Assembly: GCA_041744615.1 (NCBI GenBank) | Contig: JBGTKN010000069.1 | Span: 1-43,059, forward strand | Source of the DNA: Hyphomonas sp. | GTDB lineage: Bacteria; Pseudomonadota; Alphaproteobacteria; Caulobacterales; Hyphomonadaceae | Reading direction: 5' to 3' | Length of the DNA: 43,059 bases | In this document: positions 34,338 through 42,971 of the stretch, piece after piece | How positions within the stretch are numbered: the first letter of the stretch is position 1 | Layout of the letters: each line of letters opens with the position of its first letter | Program-made: the position numbers and the translations under genes | Notes under the pieces: model-generated | Seen by the model: the letters and a program-made list of their open reading frames with translations, nothing else | What the model was told of the DNA's origin: nothing | Database searches by the model: none

Positions 34338-35306
34338 TCAGCCACCGGCCGCGCGCAACTGCGAGAAATAGGCCGCTGCGCCGATCAGCGGCGCCTCCGG
34401 CGCGTGCAGCAGACGCACCGTGCAGTCGGCCAGATAGTCGCTCATTGGTCCTCGCGCGGCGAATCGCTCGCCGGCATCCGGAGTCCTCAGAAAAGCAGCA
34501 AACCGCTCCGACACGCCCCCAGCCAGGACCACGCCTCCCAGCGCGCCATTGGCCAGCGCCAGGTCGCCCACCGCTCCCATCACGGCCATAGCCCGCAGCT
34601 GGATCAATGCCCGGTACATCTCGTCTCCGGCATCCGCCTGTGCACGCATCTCTTCGGGCGTCGGTCCGGAAAGCGGCCGGCCATAAATCTCGCAGAATGC
34701 GGCATGCACCTCCTCCAGTCCGCTGCCGGAGGCGACAAGCTCATTCGAGACATAGCCATGATCGCGCGCCAGCAGGCGGGCAACGTTGCGTTCGAGTTCG
34801 GTTCTCGGCGCATAGGCCATGTGGCCGCCCTCGCCCGCCAGCACCGTCCAGCCACCCGCCGAAGGAAAAAGCGTCGCGACCCCGAACCCCGTCCCCGGCC
34901 CCGCCACAAGGATTGGCGCACCAGGAACCGGCGTGCCCTCCAATACGACGCTGAAAGCATCCGGCTCCAGCTCCGGCACTGAGCGCGCCATGGCGGCGAA
35001 ATCATTGACGACGAGCACTTTCGCGATGCCGTATCGTTCTGAAATCTCGGCTTCGGACACGCTCCAGTCGCGGTTCGTCAGGTGCACCTTGCCGCCGCGC
35101 ACCGGACCCGCCACCGCAATACAGGCCGATGCTGGCCGCAGGCCAGTCTTATCGAGGTAGCCGTCCAGCGCCGCATTGAAGTTTGAAAAGGACTTTCCGG
35201 AATAGCGCTCGAACTGCTCAACCCGGATCCAGTCCCCGCGCCGATACGCGGCCGCGAAGCGCGCATTCGTTCCACCGACATCTCCGACCAGCAGTGTCTC
35301 TTCCAC
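34338..35306 (-). CDS. glk: Glucokinase
   Basis: GDVGGTNARF, NDF, GPGTGFG and EGGH. Confidence 0.94.
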   Translation of the reverse strand: MEETLLVGDVGGTNARFAAAYRRGDWIRVEQFERYSGKSFSNFNAALDGYLDKTGLRPASACIAVAGPVRGGKVHLTNRDWSVSEAEISERYGIAKVLVVNDFAAMARSVPELEPDAFSVVLEGTPVPGAPILVAGPGTGFGVATLFPSAGGWTVLAGEGGHMAYAPRTELERNVARLLARDHGYVSNELVASGSGLEEVHAAFCEIYGRPLSGPTPEEMRAQADAGDEMYRALIQLRAMAVMGAVGDLALANGALGGVVLAGGVSERFAAFLRTPDAGERFAARGPMSDYLADCTVRLLHAPEAPLIGAAAYFSQLRAAGG

Positions 35307-35308
35307 GC

Positions 35309-37144
35309 TCAGCTCCGCAGGCTGAGGAAATTGAACGGGCTGGCGCCGGTTGCCGCGCTGCTGACATTCATCCGGAAGAGGTCAAACAGTTCGCGGCCCA
35401 GACCCGCAGGCGCCCGGTTCGGCAGAAACGCAGCCGGAGACCGGGCGTCAAACTCTGCTGGATCAACCAGAACCTCGAGCCTGCCCCCATCCGTATCCAG
35501 CCGGATCACGTCGCCATCGCGCACTTTCGAAATTGGACCGCCATGCGCCGCTTCCGGGCTGAGATGGATCGCCGAGGGGATTTTCCCGCTCGCGCCCGAC
35601 ATTCGCCCATCGGTCACCAGCGCCACCTGATGTCCCCGGTCCTGCAGCACGCCTAGCACGGGCGTCAGCCCGTGCAGTTCCGGCATGCCGTTGGCCGCAG
35701 CCCCCTGGAAGCGGACGACTGCGACGAAGTCGCGGTCGAGCCGTCCAGCATCGAACGCCGACTTGAGCGCGTCCTGTGACTCGAACACGATCGCCGGGGC
35801 TTCCACAAGCCGGTGCGACGGTTTGACAGCCGAAACCTTGCTCACGCCTTCCCCGAGCGGACCGCTGATCAGGCGCAGGCCCCCATCTTCCGAGAACGGA
35901 TTGTCAGCCTTCCGGAGCACCTCGGTATCACCGCTCTCCATGGGCGCAGGCCGCCAGACCAAACTGCCATCCGATAGTACGGGTTCTTGCGCATAGGACG
36001 ACAGCGGACCAGCCACACCGCGCGCCTCGCCGTGCAAAAGCCCGGCCTTGAGCAGTTCGGCAATCAGGAAGCTCATACCGCCCGCCGCGTGGAAATGGTT
36101 CACATCTGCCGGACCGTTGGGATAAATCCGCGCCAGCAAGGGGGTGACGCCCGACAGTTCCGAGAAATCTTCAAGCGTCACGATCATCCCAGCCGCCGCC
36201 GCAATCGCCGGAATATGCAGGGCGTGGTTGGTCGATCCGCCGGTCGCCATCAAACCGACAATGCCGTTCACAATAGAGCGCGCATCCACCATTTCCCCCG
36301 CCGGCTGGTAATCCTTGCCCTGCGCCGTGATCGCTGCGGCACGGTGCGTGGCGGCGCGCGTCAGTGCGGCTCTCAGCGCCGTGCCGGGATTGGGAAACGC
36401 CGCGCCCGGCAGGTGCAGGCCCATCACTTCCATCAGCATCTGGTTGGAGTTGGCCGTACCATAAAAGGTGCAGGTGCCCTGGCTGTGATAGCTGTCGGCT
36501 TCCGCCTTCAGCAGCGCCTCACGCCCGACCTTCCCTTCCGCAAACAACTGCCGCACCCGGACCTTTTCGGGGTTCGAAAGTCCGGACGGCATCGGCCCCG
36601 CTGGCACGAAAACTGACGGCAACCAGCCAAAGCGCAGCGCCGCGATCACCAGCCCGGGAACAATCTTGTCGCACACGCCCAGATGCAGCGCCGCATCGAA
36701 CGTGTCATGCGAGAGGCCAACCGCCGAAGCCATCGCAATCACATCACGCGAGAACAGCGACAGCTCCATGCCTTCCTGTCCTTGCGTGACGCCGTCGCAC
36801 ATCGCCGGCACGCCGCCAGCGACTTGGGCGACAGCGTGCACTTCGCGCGCCGCTTCGCGGATCTGCTGCGGATAGGATTCAAATGGCGCGTGCGCCGACA
36901 GCATGTCGTTATAAGCCGTGATGATCCCAATGACTGGCCAGCCGGCGCCGAGAATCTGCGCCTTCTCGATCACCGCGCAACCGGCGGACTGGTGGGCGAG
37001 GTTGCCCTCTGTCAGGCGCGACCGCGCATAGGTCGCGGGACGCCGTGATCGGATCATCTCGAGATAGGCGGCGCGCGAGTCCCGCGAGCGTGCTTTGATG
37101 CGCGCCGTCACCGCTTCTACGACCGGATTGAGTTTGCCATTCAT
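35309..37144 (-). CDS. edd: 6-phosphogluconate dehydratase
   Basis: [29 protein letters not shown] and [10 protein letters not shown]; start reassigned to ATG 37144. Confidence 0.96.
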   Translation of the reverse strand: MNGKLNPVVEAVTARIKARSRDSRAAYLEMIRSRRPATYARSRLTEGNLAHQSAGCAVIEKAQILGAGWPVIGIITAYNDMLSAHAPFESYPQQIREAAREVHAVAQVAGGVPAMCDGVTQGQEGMELSLFSRDVIAMASAVGLSHDTFDAALHLGVCDKIVPGLVIAALRFGWLPSVFVPAGPMPSGLSNPEKVRVRQLFAEGKVGREALLKAEADSYHSQGTCTFYGTANSNQMLMEVMGLHLPGAAFPNPGTALRAALTRAATHRAAAITAQGKDYQPAGEMVDARSIVNGIVGLMATGGSTNHALHIPAIAAAAGMIVTLEDFSELSGVTPLLARIYPNGPADVNHFHAAGGMSFLIAELLKAGLLHGEARGVAGPLSSYAQEPVLSDGSLVWRPAPMESGDTEVLRKADNPFSEDGGLRLISGPLGEGVSKVSAVKPSHRLVEAPAIVFESQDALKSAFDAGRLDRDFVAVVRFQGAAANGMPELHGLTPVLGVLQDRGHQVALVTDGRMSGASGKIPSAIHLSPEAAHGGPISKVRDGDVIRLDTDGGRLEVLVDPAEFDARSPAAFLPNRAPAGLGRELFDLFRMNVSSAATGASPFNFLSLRS

Positions 37145-37851
37145 CAGGGAGCCCAGAAAATTGAAAGGCGATCGCCCAAGACATCTATCGCGAAAGCGAC
37201 CGGGCAATTCATCGGGTCCGCTTCGGCCGTGTTCTCGAGTATGCTGCGCTTTTCCGCGCCGAATACAAGCAGTAGCGCCCGGTTTGCGTGGGCCGCTGCC
37301 GATCCCGTCAGCGTCAGGCGCTGCGCCACCTTGGCGCTCGGCGCCTCAACGGCCGCTACAAAACGGGCGCCGTGCGAGGAGAGTATTTCAGCGAGGTTAG
37401 CAGCCCCCGGAAACCAGCTTGCCGTATGCCCATCGGTTCCCATGCCGAGCAACAGGAAGCTGATCGAGGCGCAATGCGGCGCATAGGCGGCGTTGCGGTC
37501 CGCAACGGCTTCAGTCGGATGAGCGTGCGACGTCTTCATGGGCAAAAAAGCCGCGCGTTCAGCTGCATTTTTCAGCAGCCGCGCTCGAACTAGCCGTTCG
37601 TTCGAGTCCGGATGATCCGGTGCCACCCAGCGTTCGTCCACCAGCCCGACCGTGACGCTGGCCCAGTCCAGCGTTTCCGATGACAGCCGCTCGAACATCC
37701 GCGCAGGCGTTGATCCGCCCGATACCATCAGGCTTGCTGCGCCGCTGCGGGCAATGTCCGCGCCCAGAGTATCGGCCGCGAGATGCGCGGCCGCTTCGGA
37801 TGCCTCTTCCCGGTCCGGGAACTGCGTGAGGTGAAGCGCTGCGGCGCTCAC
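37144..37851 (-). CDS. pgl: 6-phosphogluconolactonase
   Basis: SGGSTP, VDERWV and [14 protein letters not shown]; GTG start overlaps the zwf TGA. Confidence 0.94.
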   Translation of the reverse strand: MSAAALHLTQFPDREEASEAAAHLAADTLGADIARSGAASLMVSGGSTPARMFERLSSETLDWASVTVGLVDERWVAPDHPDSNERLVRARLLKNAAERAAFLPMKTSHAHPTEAVADRNAAYAPHCASISFLLLGMGTDGHTASWFPGAANLAEILSSHGARFVAAVEAPSAKVAQRLTLTGSAAAHANRALLLVFGAEKRSILENTAEADPMNCPVAFAIDVLGDRLSIFWAP

Positions 37852-39317
37852 GCCTCTTTCCACCAGTCGCGGCCATCGCGGTCCATCATCATCGCGGCAG
37901 ACAGCGGTCCATCGGTTCCTGCCGGATAGGGCTCCGGCTGGTATCTGCTCGCTTCCCAGGACTCGATCAACCCATCCACCCAGCGCCAGGCCGCCTCGAC
38001 CTCGTCCCGTCGCATGAACAGCGAGAGATTGCCGCGCACGATATCCATCAGCAGCCGCTCATAGGCATCCGGATAACGGAGCGTGAAGCTCTCGGCGTAG
38101 GACAGGTTCAGCGGCAGGGATTTCACGCGCAAACCGCCCGGGCCGGGTTCCTTGATCTGGACAAACAGCCGCACGGCCTCGTCCGGCTGTAGACGGATCA
38201 CGAGGCGGTTCACACTTTCGACGCCCTGCCCGAATATGTTGTGCGGCGCGGGTTTGAACTGGATCACGATGTCGGAATGCCGTGCGGACATCCGCTTGCC
38301 GGTGCGCAGATAGAACGGAACGCCGGCCCAGCGCCAGTTCTTCACCTCCGCCTTCACGGCCACGAAGGTCTCCGTCATACTGCCAGCCGCCGAGGAGAGC
38401 TCCTCAAGATAGCCCTTGGCGGGCTTTCCCTCCTGCAGGCCGGACGTGTATTGTCCGCGCACGGTCTGTTTCTTGACCTGGTCCGGAGCGATCGTTCCGA
38501 GCGCGTTCAGCACCTTGATCTTCTCCGTCCGGATGTCGTCGTCACCCATATCATTGGGCGGCTCCATCGCGGTCAGGCAGAGCAGCTGCAGCAGGTGGTT
38601 CTGCACCATGTCCCGCAGCGCGCCGGAGCGATCATAGTAGTCAGCGCGGCCTTCGAGTCCGAGATTCTCCGCCACGGTGATCTGCACATGGTCGATGTAG
38701 TTGTGCGACCAGAGCGGTTCGAAGAGCATGTTGGCAAAGCGCAGGACCATGAGGTTCTGTACGGTCTCTTTGCCGAGATAGTGGTCAATCCGGAACACCT
38801 GCCGCTCGGAGAACACCTCGCCCACGCCGTCATTGATCGCGCGCGCCGATTCAAGGTCTGTCCCGATCGGCTTCTCGAGCACCACGCGCGCCGGCTCATC
38901 CGCCAGACCGGCCAGGCCGATCGAATGGCAGATATCGACATAGAGGTGCGGGGAAGTCGCCAGATAGAAAACGCGCGGCCGCTTCGCATCGAGCGTCAGC
39001 AGCGCCTTCAGGGCTGGCCAATCGGCATCACTCCGCGTCGCATCGATCGTCACATAGTGGACAAGTTTCTCGAATGACTCCCATTCCTTTGCATCCCAGT
39101 TCTCGCCCGAGGCGGCTTCGCAGGCCTCCCGCGCCACCTGTCGATAGGCGCCCGAGTCCATCTCGGAGCGGGCGGTGCTGATGATCTTGCTGGTCGGCGG
39201 GATCTGGCCATCCAACCAGCGGTGATAGAGCGCCGGCAAGAGCTTGCGGCGGGAGAGATCCCCCGTGCCGCCGAAGATTACGATGTCGAACGGATCAACC
39301 GGAACAAACTTGGCCAT
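37848..39317 (-). CDS. zwf: Glucose-6-phosphate 1-dehydrogenase
   Basis: GGTGDL, EKPIG, RIDHYLGKE and RWAGVPFYLRTGK; start reassigned to ATG 39317. Confidence 0.97.
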   Translation of the reverse strand: MAKFVPVDPFDIVIFGGTGDLSRRKLLPALYHRWLDGQIPPTSKIISTARSEMDSGAYRQVAREACEAASGENWDAKEWESFEKLVHYVTIDATRSDADWPALKALLTLDAKRPRVFYLATSPHLYVDICHSIGLAGLADEPARVVLEKPIGTDLESARAINDGVGEVFSERQVFRIDHYLGKETVQNLMVLRFANMLFEPLWSHNYIDHVQITVAENLGLEGRADYYDRSGALRDMVQNHLLQLLCLTAMEPPNDMGDDDIRTEKIKVLNALGTIAPDQVKKQTVRGQYTSGLQEGKPAKGYLEELSSAAGSMTETFVAVKAEVKNWRWAGVPFYLRTGKRMSARHSDIVIQFKPAPHNIFGQGVESVNRLVIRLQPDEAVRLFVQIKEPGPGGLRVKSLPLNLSYAESFTLRYPDAYERLLMDIVRGNLSLFMRRDEVEAAWRWVDGLIESWEASRYQPEPYPAGTDGPLSAAMMMDRDGRDWWKEA

Positions 39318-39376
39318 GTCAGTTTGCGCACCGGTTGAGGTCGTGGCTCCGATTTCTGACGGCTGACGGTACAACT

Positions 39377-39388
39377 GCAAACGTTTGC
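39377..39388. promoter_or_regulatory. LacI-type operator GCAAACGTTTGC
   Basis: Perfect 12-bp palindrome with central CG, fitting the LacI-family GNAANCGNTTNC pattern, next to a LacI gene. Confidence 0.7.
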
Positions 39389-39549
39389 GGCGCGTATCGC
39401 GCTCCGCAGCGTCGTTCTCGCCTGGGTAATAATCCAAATTCATGTTTCTTTTCAGAGATCACGGCTGCGGCCCGCGTCTGCGCAAATACGTTTTGCAAAT
39501 AATTACACCAGCTATAATGAGCTCGCCAGTCAGTAACGGACAGCGAATG

Positions 39550-39559
39550 ACAACGTTGT
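39550..39559. promoter_or_regulatory. LacI-type operator ACAACGTTGT (possible autoregulation)
   Basis: Perfect 10-bp CG-centred palindrome between TATAAT (39513-39518) and the LacI start. Confidence 0.55.
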
Positions 39560-39585
39560 TCTGAATATGGGGGAGTTTGTCTCAA

Positions 39586-40599
39586 ATGTCCAGCCGAACG
39601 CGTCTTGAAGACCTCGCATCCATCGCGGGCGTCTCGATTGCGACGGTCTCGCGGGCGCTCAACAATAGTCCGGCCGTCAACGACGAAACCAAGCGCCGCG
39701 TCTGGAAGATTGCGCGCGAGCAGAATTACCATTTCCGGCCCTCAATGCCTGCCCTTCTCTCTGGCGCGGCCGCCACGATTGCGGTCGTCATTCCCAGTCC
39801 GCATGCCCGCCAGAGCGAGGCGCTGCATCCGTTCGTGCAGGATTTCATCGGCGGCATTACCGAGGCTGCACGCGCTTCGGGGTGCGACCTGCTGATCTCG
39901 CATCTCGCGCCGGGCAATATAGATGACCTCGCAGAACTGATGACCTCCCACCGGGCCGACGGGGTCATCTTCCTTGGCCAGAGGCTCCTGCATGAGCCGT
40001 TGAACGCTCTTGCTGACAGCGAAAGCCGGTTCATCGTCTGGGGGGCGGACCTGCCGGGCCAGAAATACTGCTCGGTTGGATCCGACAACCTGCGCGGCGG
40101 CGCGCGGGCCACTTCGCACCTGATCAATCTGGGCCGGCGCCGGATTGCTTTCCTGGGCGACACTGCTGCGCCGGAAGTGCAGCGCAGGTATGAAGGTTAC
40201 GTCGAGGCGCACCGGCGGGCCGACCTGGCTGTTGACCCTGCCCTGATCGTGCCGGCGCAGTTCGAGATCAGCTATGCCGAAGCGGCGGTCGACGGCTTGA
40301 TGGCGGGCGGGCTCGCGTTCGAGGGGATTTTTGCGGCCAGTGACCTGATCGCGCTCGGCGCCTTGCGCAGTCTTCAGAAGGCTGGCCGCTCGGTGCCGCA
40401 GGATGTCGCCATCGTCGGTTATGACAATATCCAGGTTTCTGCCTATACGCATCCGGCGCTGACGACGATCGACCAGGACATGAGCAAGGCCGGACGGTTG
40501 ATGGTATCGAAACTGCTCTCCGCGACCGAGAAGGCGCCGCTGCGGTCCGAGCGTTTGCCGGCGGACCTGATCGTTCGGGAATCCTGCGGGCTCGGCTAG
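39586..40599 (+). CDS. LacI-family transcriptional regulator
   Basis: HTH LEDLASIAGVSIATVSRALN and sugar-binding domain (VGSDN, VPQDVAIVGYDN, LTTI, LIVRESC). ATG 39586; alternative TTG 39577. Confidence 0.95.
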   Translation: MSSRTRLEDLASIAGVSIATVSRALNNSPAVNDETKRRVWKIAREQNYHFRPSMPALLSGAAATIAVVIPSPHARQSEALHPFVQDFIGGITEAARASGCDLLISHLAPGNIDDLAELMTSHRADGVIFLGQRLLHEPLNALADSESRFIVWGADLPGQKYCSVGSDNLRGGARATSHLINLGRRRIAFLGDTAAPEVQRRYEGYVEAHRRADLAVDPALIVPAQFEISYAEAAVDGLMAGGLAFEGIFAASDLIALGALRSLQKAGRSVPQDVAIVGYDNIQVSAYTHPALTTIDQDMSKAGRLMVSKLLSATEKAPLRSERLPADLIVRESCGLG

Positions 40600-42206
40600 A
40601 GACGGCCGATCCAGACGCCATACGGCGGCAAGGTCATGAGGCCCGGTGCCGTCGAAATCAGCGGTCTGCCTTCAGCTGTCAAATCCCTTGGAAGAGACGC
40701 ATCGTCCGTACCGAGATTGAAGAGGCAGAGCACCGTTTCGCCGCCCAGCGTGCGGCGGAGAGCAAGAATGGGTTCCGGTACGTCCGGGAACTTAACTTCA
40801 CCCAAACGCAACGCGGCCGAATTCGCACGAACCTTCAACATCGCGCGGGTGAAATTGAGCACCGAGTCCGGATCGATTTCCTGCTCTCCCGCTGAAAGGT
40901 CCGCATGCCCCTGCCCCACCGGTAGCCAGGGCTTGGCTTCGGAAAATCCTGCGAACGTCTTATTCTTCGTCCAGGGCATCGGTGTGCGAGCGCCGTCGCG
41001 GCCCAGGGTGCGGGGCCAGTTGGCGATGGCTTCGGGATCCTGCAGGTCAGCGAACGCGACCTCGGCCTGCGGCAAGCCGAGTTCTTCGCCCTGGTAGAGG
41101 ATCGGATTGCCGCGCAGGCAGAGCAGCAGCGCATTCGTCAGCTTTGCGAACTGGCGCATGTCGGCGCCGGGCGGGCACCAGCGGCTGACGCAGCGCGGGG
41201 CGTCATGGTTCGAGAAAGCCCAGGACGGCCAGCCTTCGCTGAAGGGGCCCGCCCAGTTCATCTGCGAGGCTTTCACGCGGCGCGGTGACAGTCTGCTGGC
41301 ATACAGAAAGTCGAAACTGTAAGCCGAGCTGAGCCGCTTGTCCCCAGCGGTGAAGGCGCGCATTTCCGGCAAAGGATCAGGGCCCGGCACTTCGGCGACC
41401 GTGAAGATCGCACCGTAATTGTTCGCCAGTTCGCGGATGCGTTCCATGAACACCGGGATGTCCGGATGGGACTGGTTGTGGATATGGTGCTGCAGGTCGA
41501 AGGGGCGCGTGATCTTGCGGCTGCCAGCCGGCCAGGGCGGATTGTCCCGGAAGTCCGGATCGAACATTGCGAAGTTGATGGCGTCGAGCCGGAAGCCGTC
41601 AACACCCTTGTCGAGCCAGAACTTGGCGGCGGCCACCAGCGCGTCCTGGACCTGTCGGTTGTGTACGTTCAGCTGAGGCTGGGTCGAGAGGAAATTGTGC
41701 ATGTAATATTGCTGGCGCCGCGCATCCCAGGTCCAGGCGGCGCCGCCGAAAACGGACTGCCAGTTGTTGGGCGGGGCGCCGTCGGGCTTTGGGTCTTTCC
41801 AGACATACCAGTCCGTATACGGATTATCCCGCGACTCTCGGCTTTGCTCGAACCAATCATGCGCATCCGAGGTGTGGGCATAAACCTGATCGATGATGAC
41901 CTTAAGCCCGAGGCGGTGGGCCTCAGCCAGCAGCGCGTCGAAATCCGCCAGCGTGCCGAAGATCGGGTCGACATCGCAATAGTCCGACACGTCATAGCCG
42001 AAATCGCTCATCGGTGATTTGAAGAAGGGCGATATCCAGATGGCGTCCACCCCCAGCCGGGCGATATGGCCCAGCTTCTGCGTAACGCCCCGCAGGTCGC
42101 CGATCCCGTCGCCATTGGTGTCGAGATAGGAACGCGGATAGATCTGGTAGACGACAGCGCCGCGCCACCAGGGCTGCGCGACATGGGGGGGGGGCGAGAT
42201 ATCCAG
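40596..42206 (-). CDS. GH13 alpha-glucosidase-like enzyme (start codon uncertain)
   Basis: The frame continues upstream of the ORF-track start as PWWRGAVVYQIYPRSYLDTNGDGIGDLRG. Catalytic motifs GFRLDA, VAEV and NHD, plus QPQLN, are present. No signal peptide. The in-frame CTG at 42206 is used as the start. Confidence 0.88.
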   Translation of the reverse strand: MDISPPPHVAQPWWRGAVVYQIYPRSYLDTNGDGIGDLRGVTQKLGHIARLGVDAIWISPFFKSPMSDFGYDVSDYCDVDPIFGTLADFDALLAEAHRLGLKVIIDQVYAHTSDAHDWFEQSRESRDNPYTDWYVWKDPKPDGAPPNNWQSVFGGAAWTWDARRQQYYMHNFLSTQPQLNVHNRQVQDALVAAAKFWLDKGVDGFRLDAINFAMFDPDFRDNPPWPAGSRKITRPFDLQHHIHNQSHPDIPVFMERIRELANNYGAIFTVAEVPGPDPLPEMRAFTAGDKRLSSAYSFDFLYASRLSPRRVKASQMNWAGPFSEGWPSWAFSNHDAPRCVSRWCPPGADMRQFAKLTNALLLCLRGNPILYQGEELGLPQAEVAFADLQDPEAIANWPRTLGRDGARTPMPWTKNKTFAGFSEAKPWLPVGQGHADLSAGEQEIDPDSVLNFTRAMLKVRANSAALRLGEVKFPDVPEPILALRRTLGGETVLCLFNLGTDDASLPRDLTAEGRPLISTAPGLMTLPPYGVWIGRL

Positions 42207-42250
42207 CGGTCACGCTCCTCGACAGGCGGGTTCGCCGAATTTGTCTGGCC

Positions 42251-42326
42251 TGGCAGGGGCAGAGGGACTCGAACCCACGACCTGCGGTTTTGGAGACCGC
42301 CACTCTACCAACTGAGCTATACCCCT
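42251..42326 (-). tRNA. trpT: tRNA-Trp (anticodon CCA)
   Basis: AGGGGTATAGCTCAGTTGGTAGAGTGGCGGTCTCCAAAACCGCAGGTCGTGGGTTCGAGTCCCTCTGCCCCTGCCA; 76-nt cloverleaf with encoded CCA end. Confidence 0.97.
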
Positions 42327-42440
42327 TCAGGCGTGAGCGGGGTTTGCCCCAACTCCCGTCTGGCTGCAAGTCCGGGGGTGAAAAGACTTGGTTTGCGGGT
42401 GGCCGTCGCTGCCGCGTATGGTAGGTTTTGCCTGGCAAGT

Positions 42441-42543
42441 CTCTCACCTCCCACGCCGTCGGCGCGGGTCCCTCCGCTCCCTGAGGGAGAGAGGTTAAGT
42501 GGCGTCTCCCTTCAACCTTCTCCGATGAAATGGGAGGAGAGGG
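42441..42543. repeat. Degenerate REP-like palindromic units
   Basis: Hairpins CCCACGCC-GTC-GGCGCGGG, CTCCC-TGA-GGGAG and CCTTCTCC...GGGAGG. They resemble from memory the CCTCTCCC...GGGAGAGG intergenic repeats of Alphaproteobacteria. Copy number cannot be seen in this window. Confidence 0.5.
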
Positions 42544-42913
42544 TCTTGAGCCCGGGAGTTTTCGCAAGTGAGTTCACCCGCGAAGTATAACTCCGTGCGA
42601 GGAGGTGTAGCGGAAGGATTCGGGAAGTAATTCACAAACGCTTGACGACGCTGCAACTTATGTTTCGGGAGGGGTGGTTTTTGTCGGCGGGGGGCGGCCT
42701 GCCCTCGCCGGAGCGTGCCAAACCCCTGCAGGCCGAGCACGCCCTGTCCTGATTTCTCCTCACCCCTTCTCATTCGCTCGCATTTTTACCTTCGGGTGCC
42801 GGTTTGTTATCGTGCCTTCTCAGGGAGTCTCGGTTCAGGTCAATTGCGGCACAAATCCCGGGATGACGAAAAACGGGCGGTGCGGAGGCCTATCCAAGCA
42901 GGATGCCTCCCCC

Positions 42914-42950
42914 AAAGCAAAAGGCCGCCTCCTTTCGGAAGCGGCCTTTG
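42914..42950 (-). terminator. Rho-independent terminator after tuf (possibly bidirectional)
   Basis: - strand GGCCGCTTCC-GAAA-GGAGGCGGCC followed by TTTTGCTTT; the + strand stem is followed by TTTGTCATTT. Confidence 0.88.
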
Positions 42951-42971
42951 TCATTTCAGCTGGGATACAGC

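Noticed and set aside
34063-42251. Sugar module as an integrative island inserted at tRNA-Trp
   Set aside because: No integrase, no direct repeat of the tRNA 3' end found near nuoA, and composition looks host-like.
42430-42437. GCCTGGCA repeated at the tRNA 3' end (42248-42255)
   Set aside because: Only 8 bp, and on the wrong side of the tRNA for an att duplication; compatible with chance.
41992-42567. 191-aa - strand ORF
   Set aside because: It runs through the tRNA-Trp gene and repeat elements and has no recognisable domain.
42860-42875. GATGACGAAA as a hammerhead ribozyme core
   Set aside because: It lacks CUGAUGA and has no stem II.
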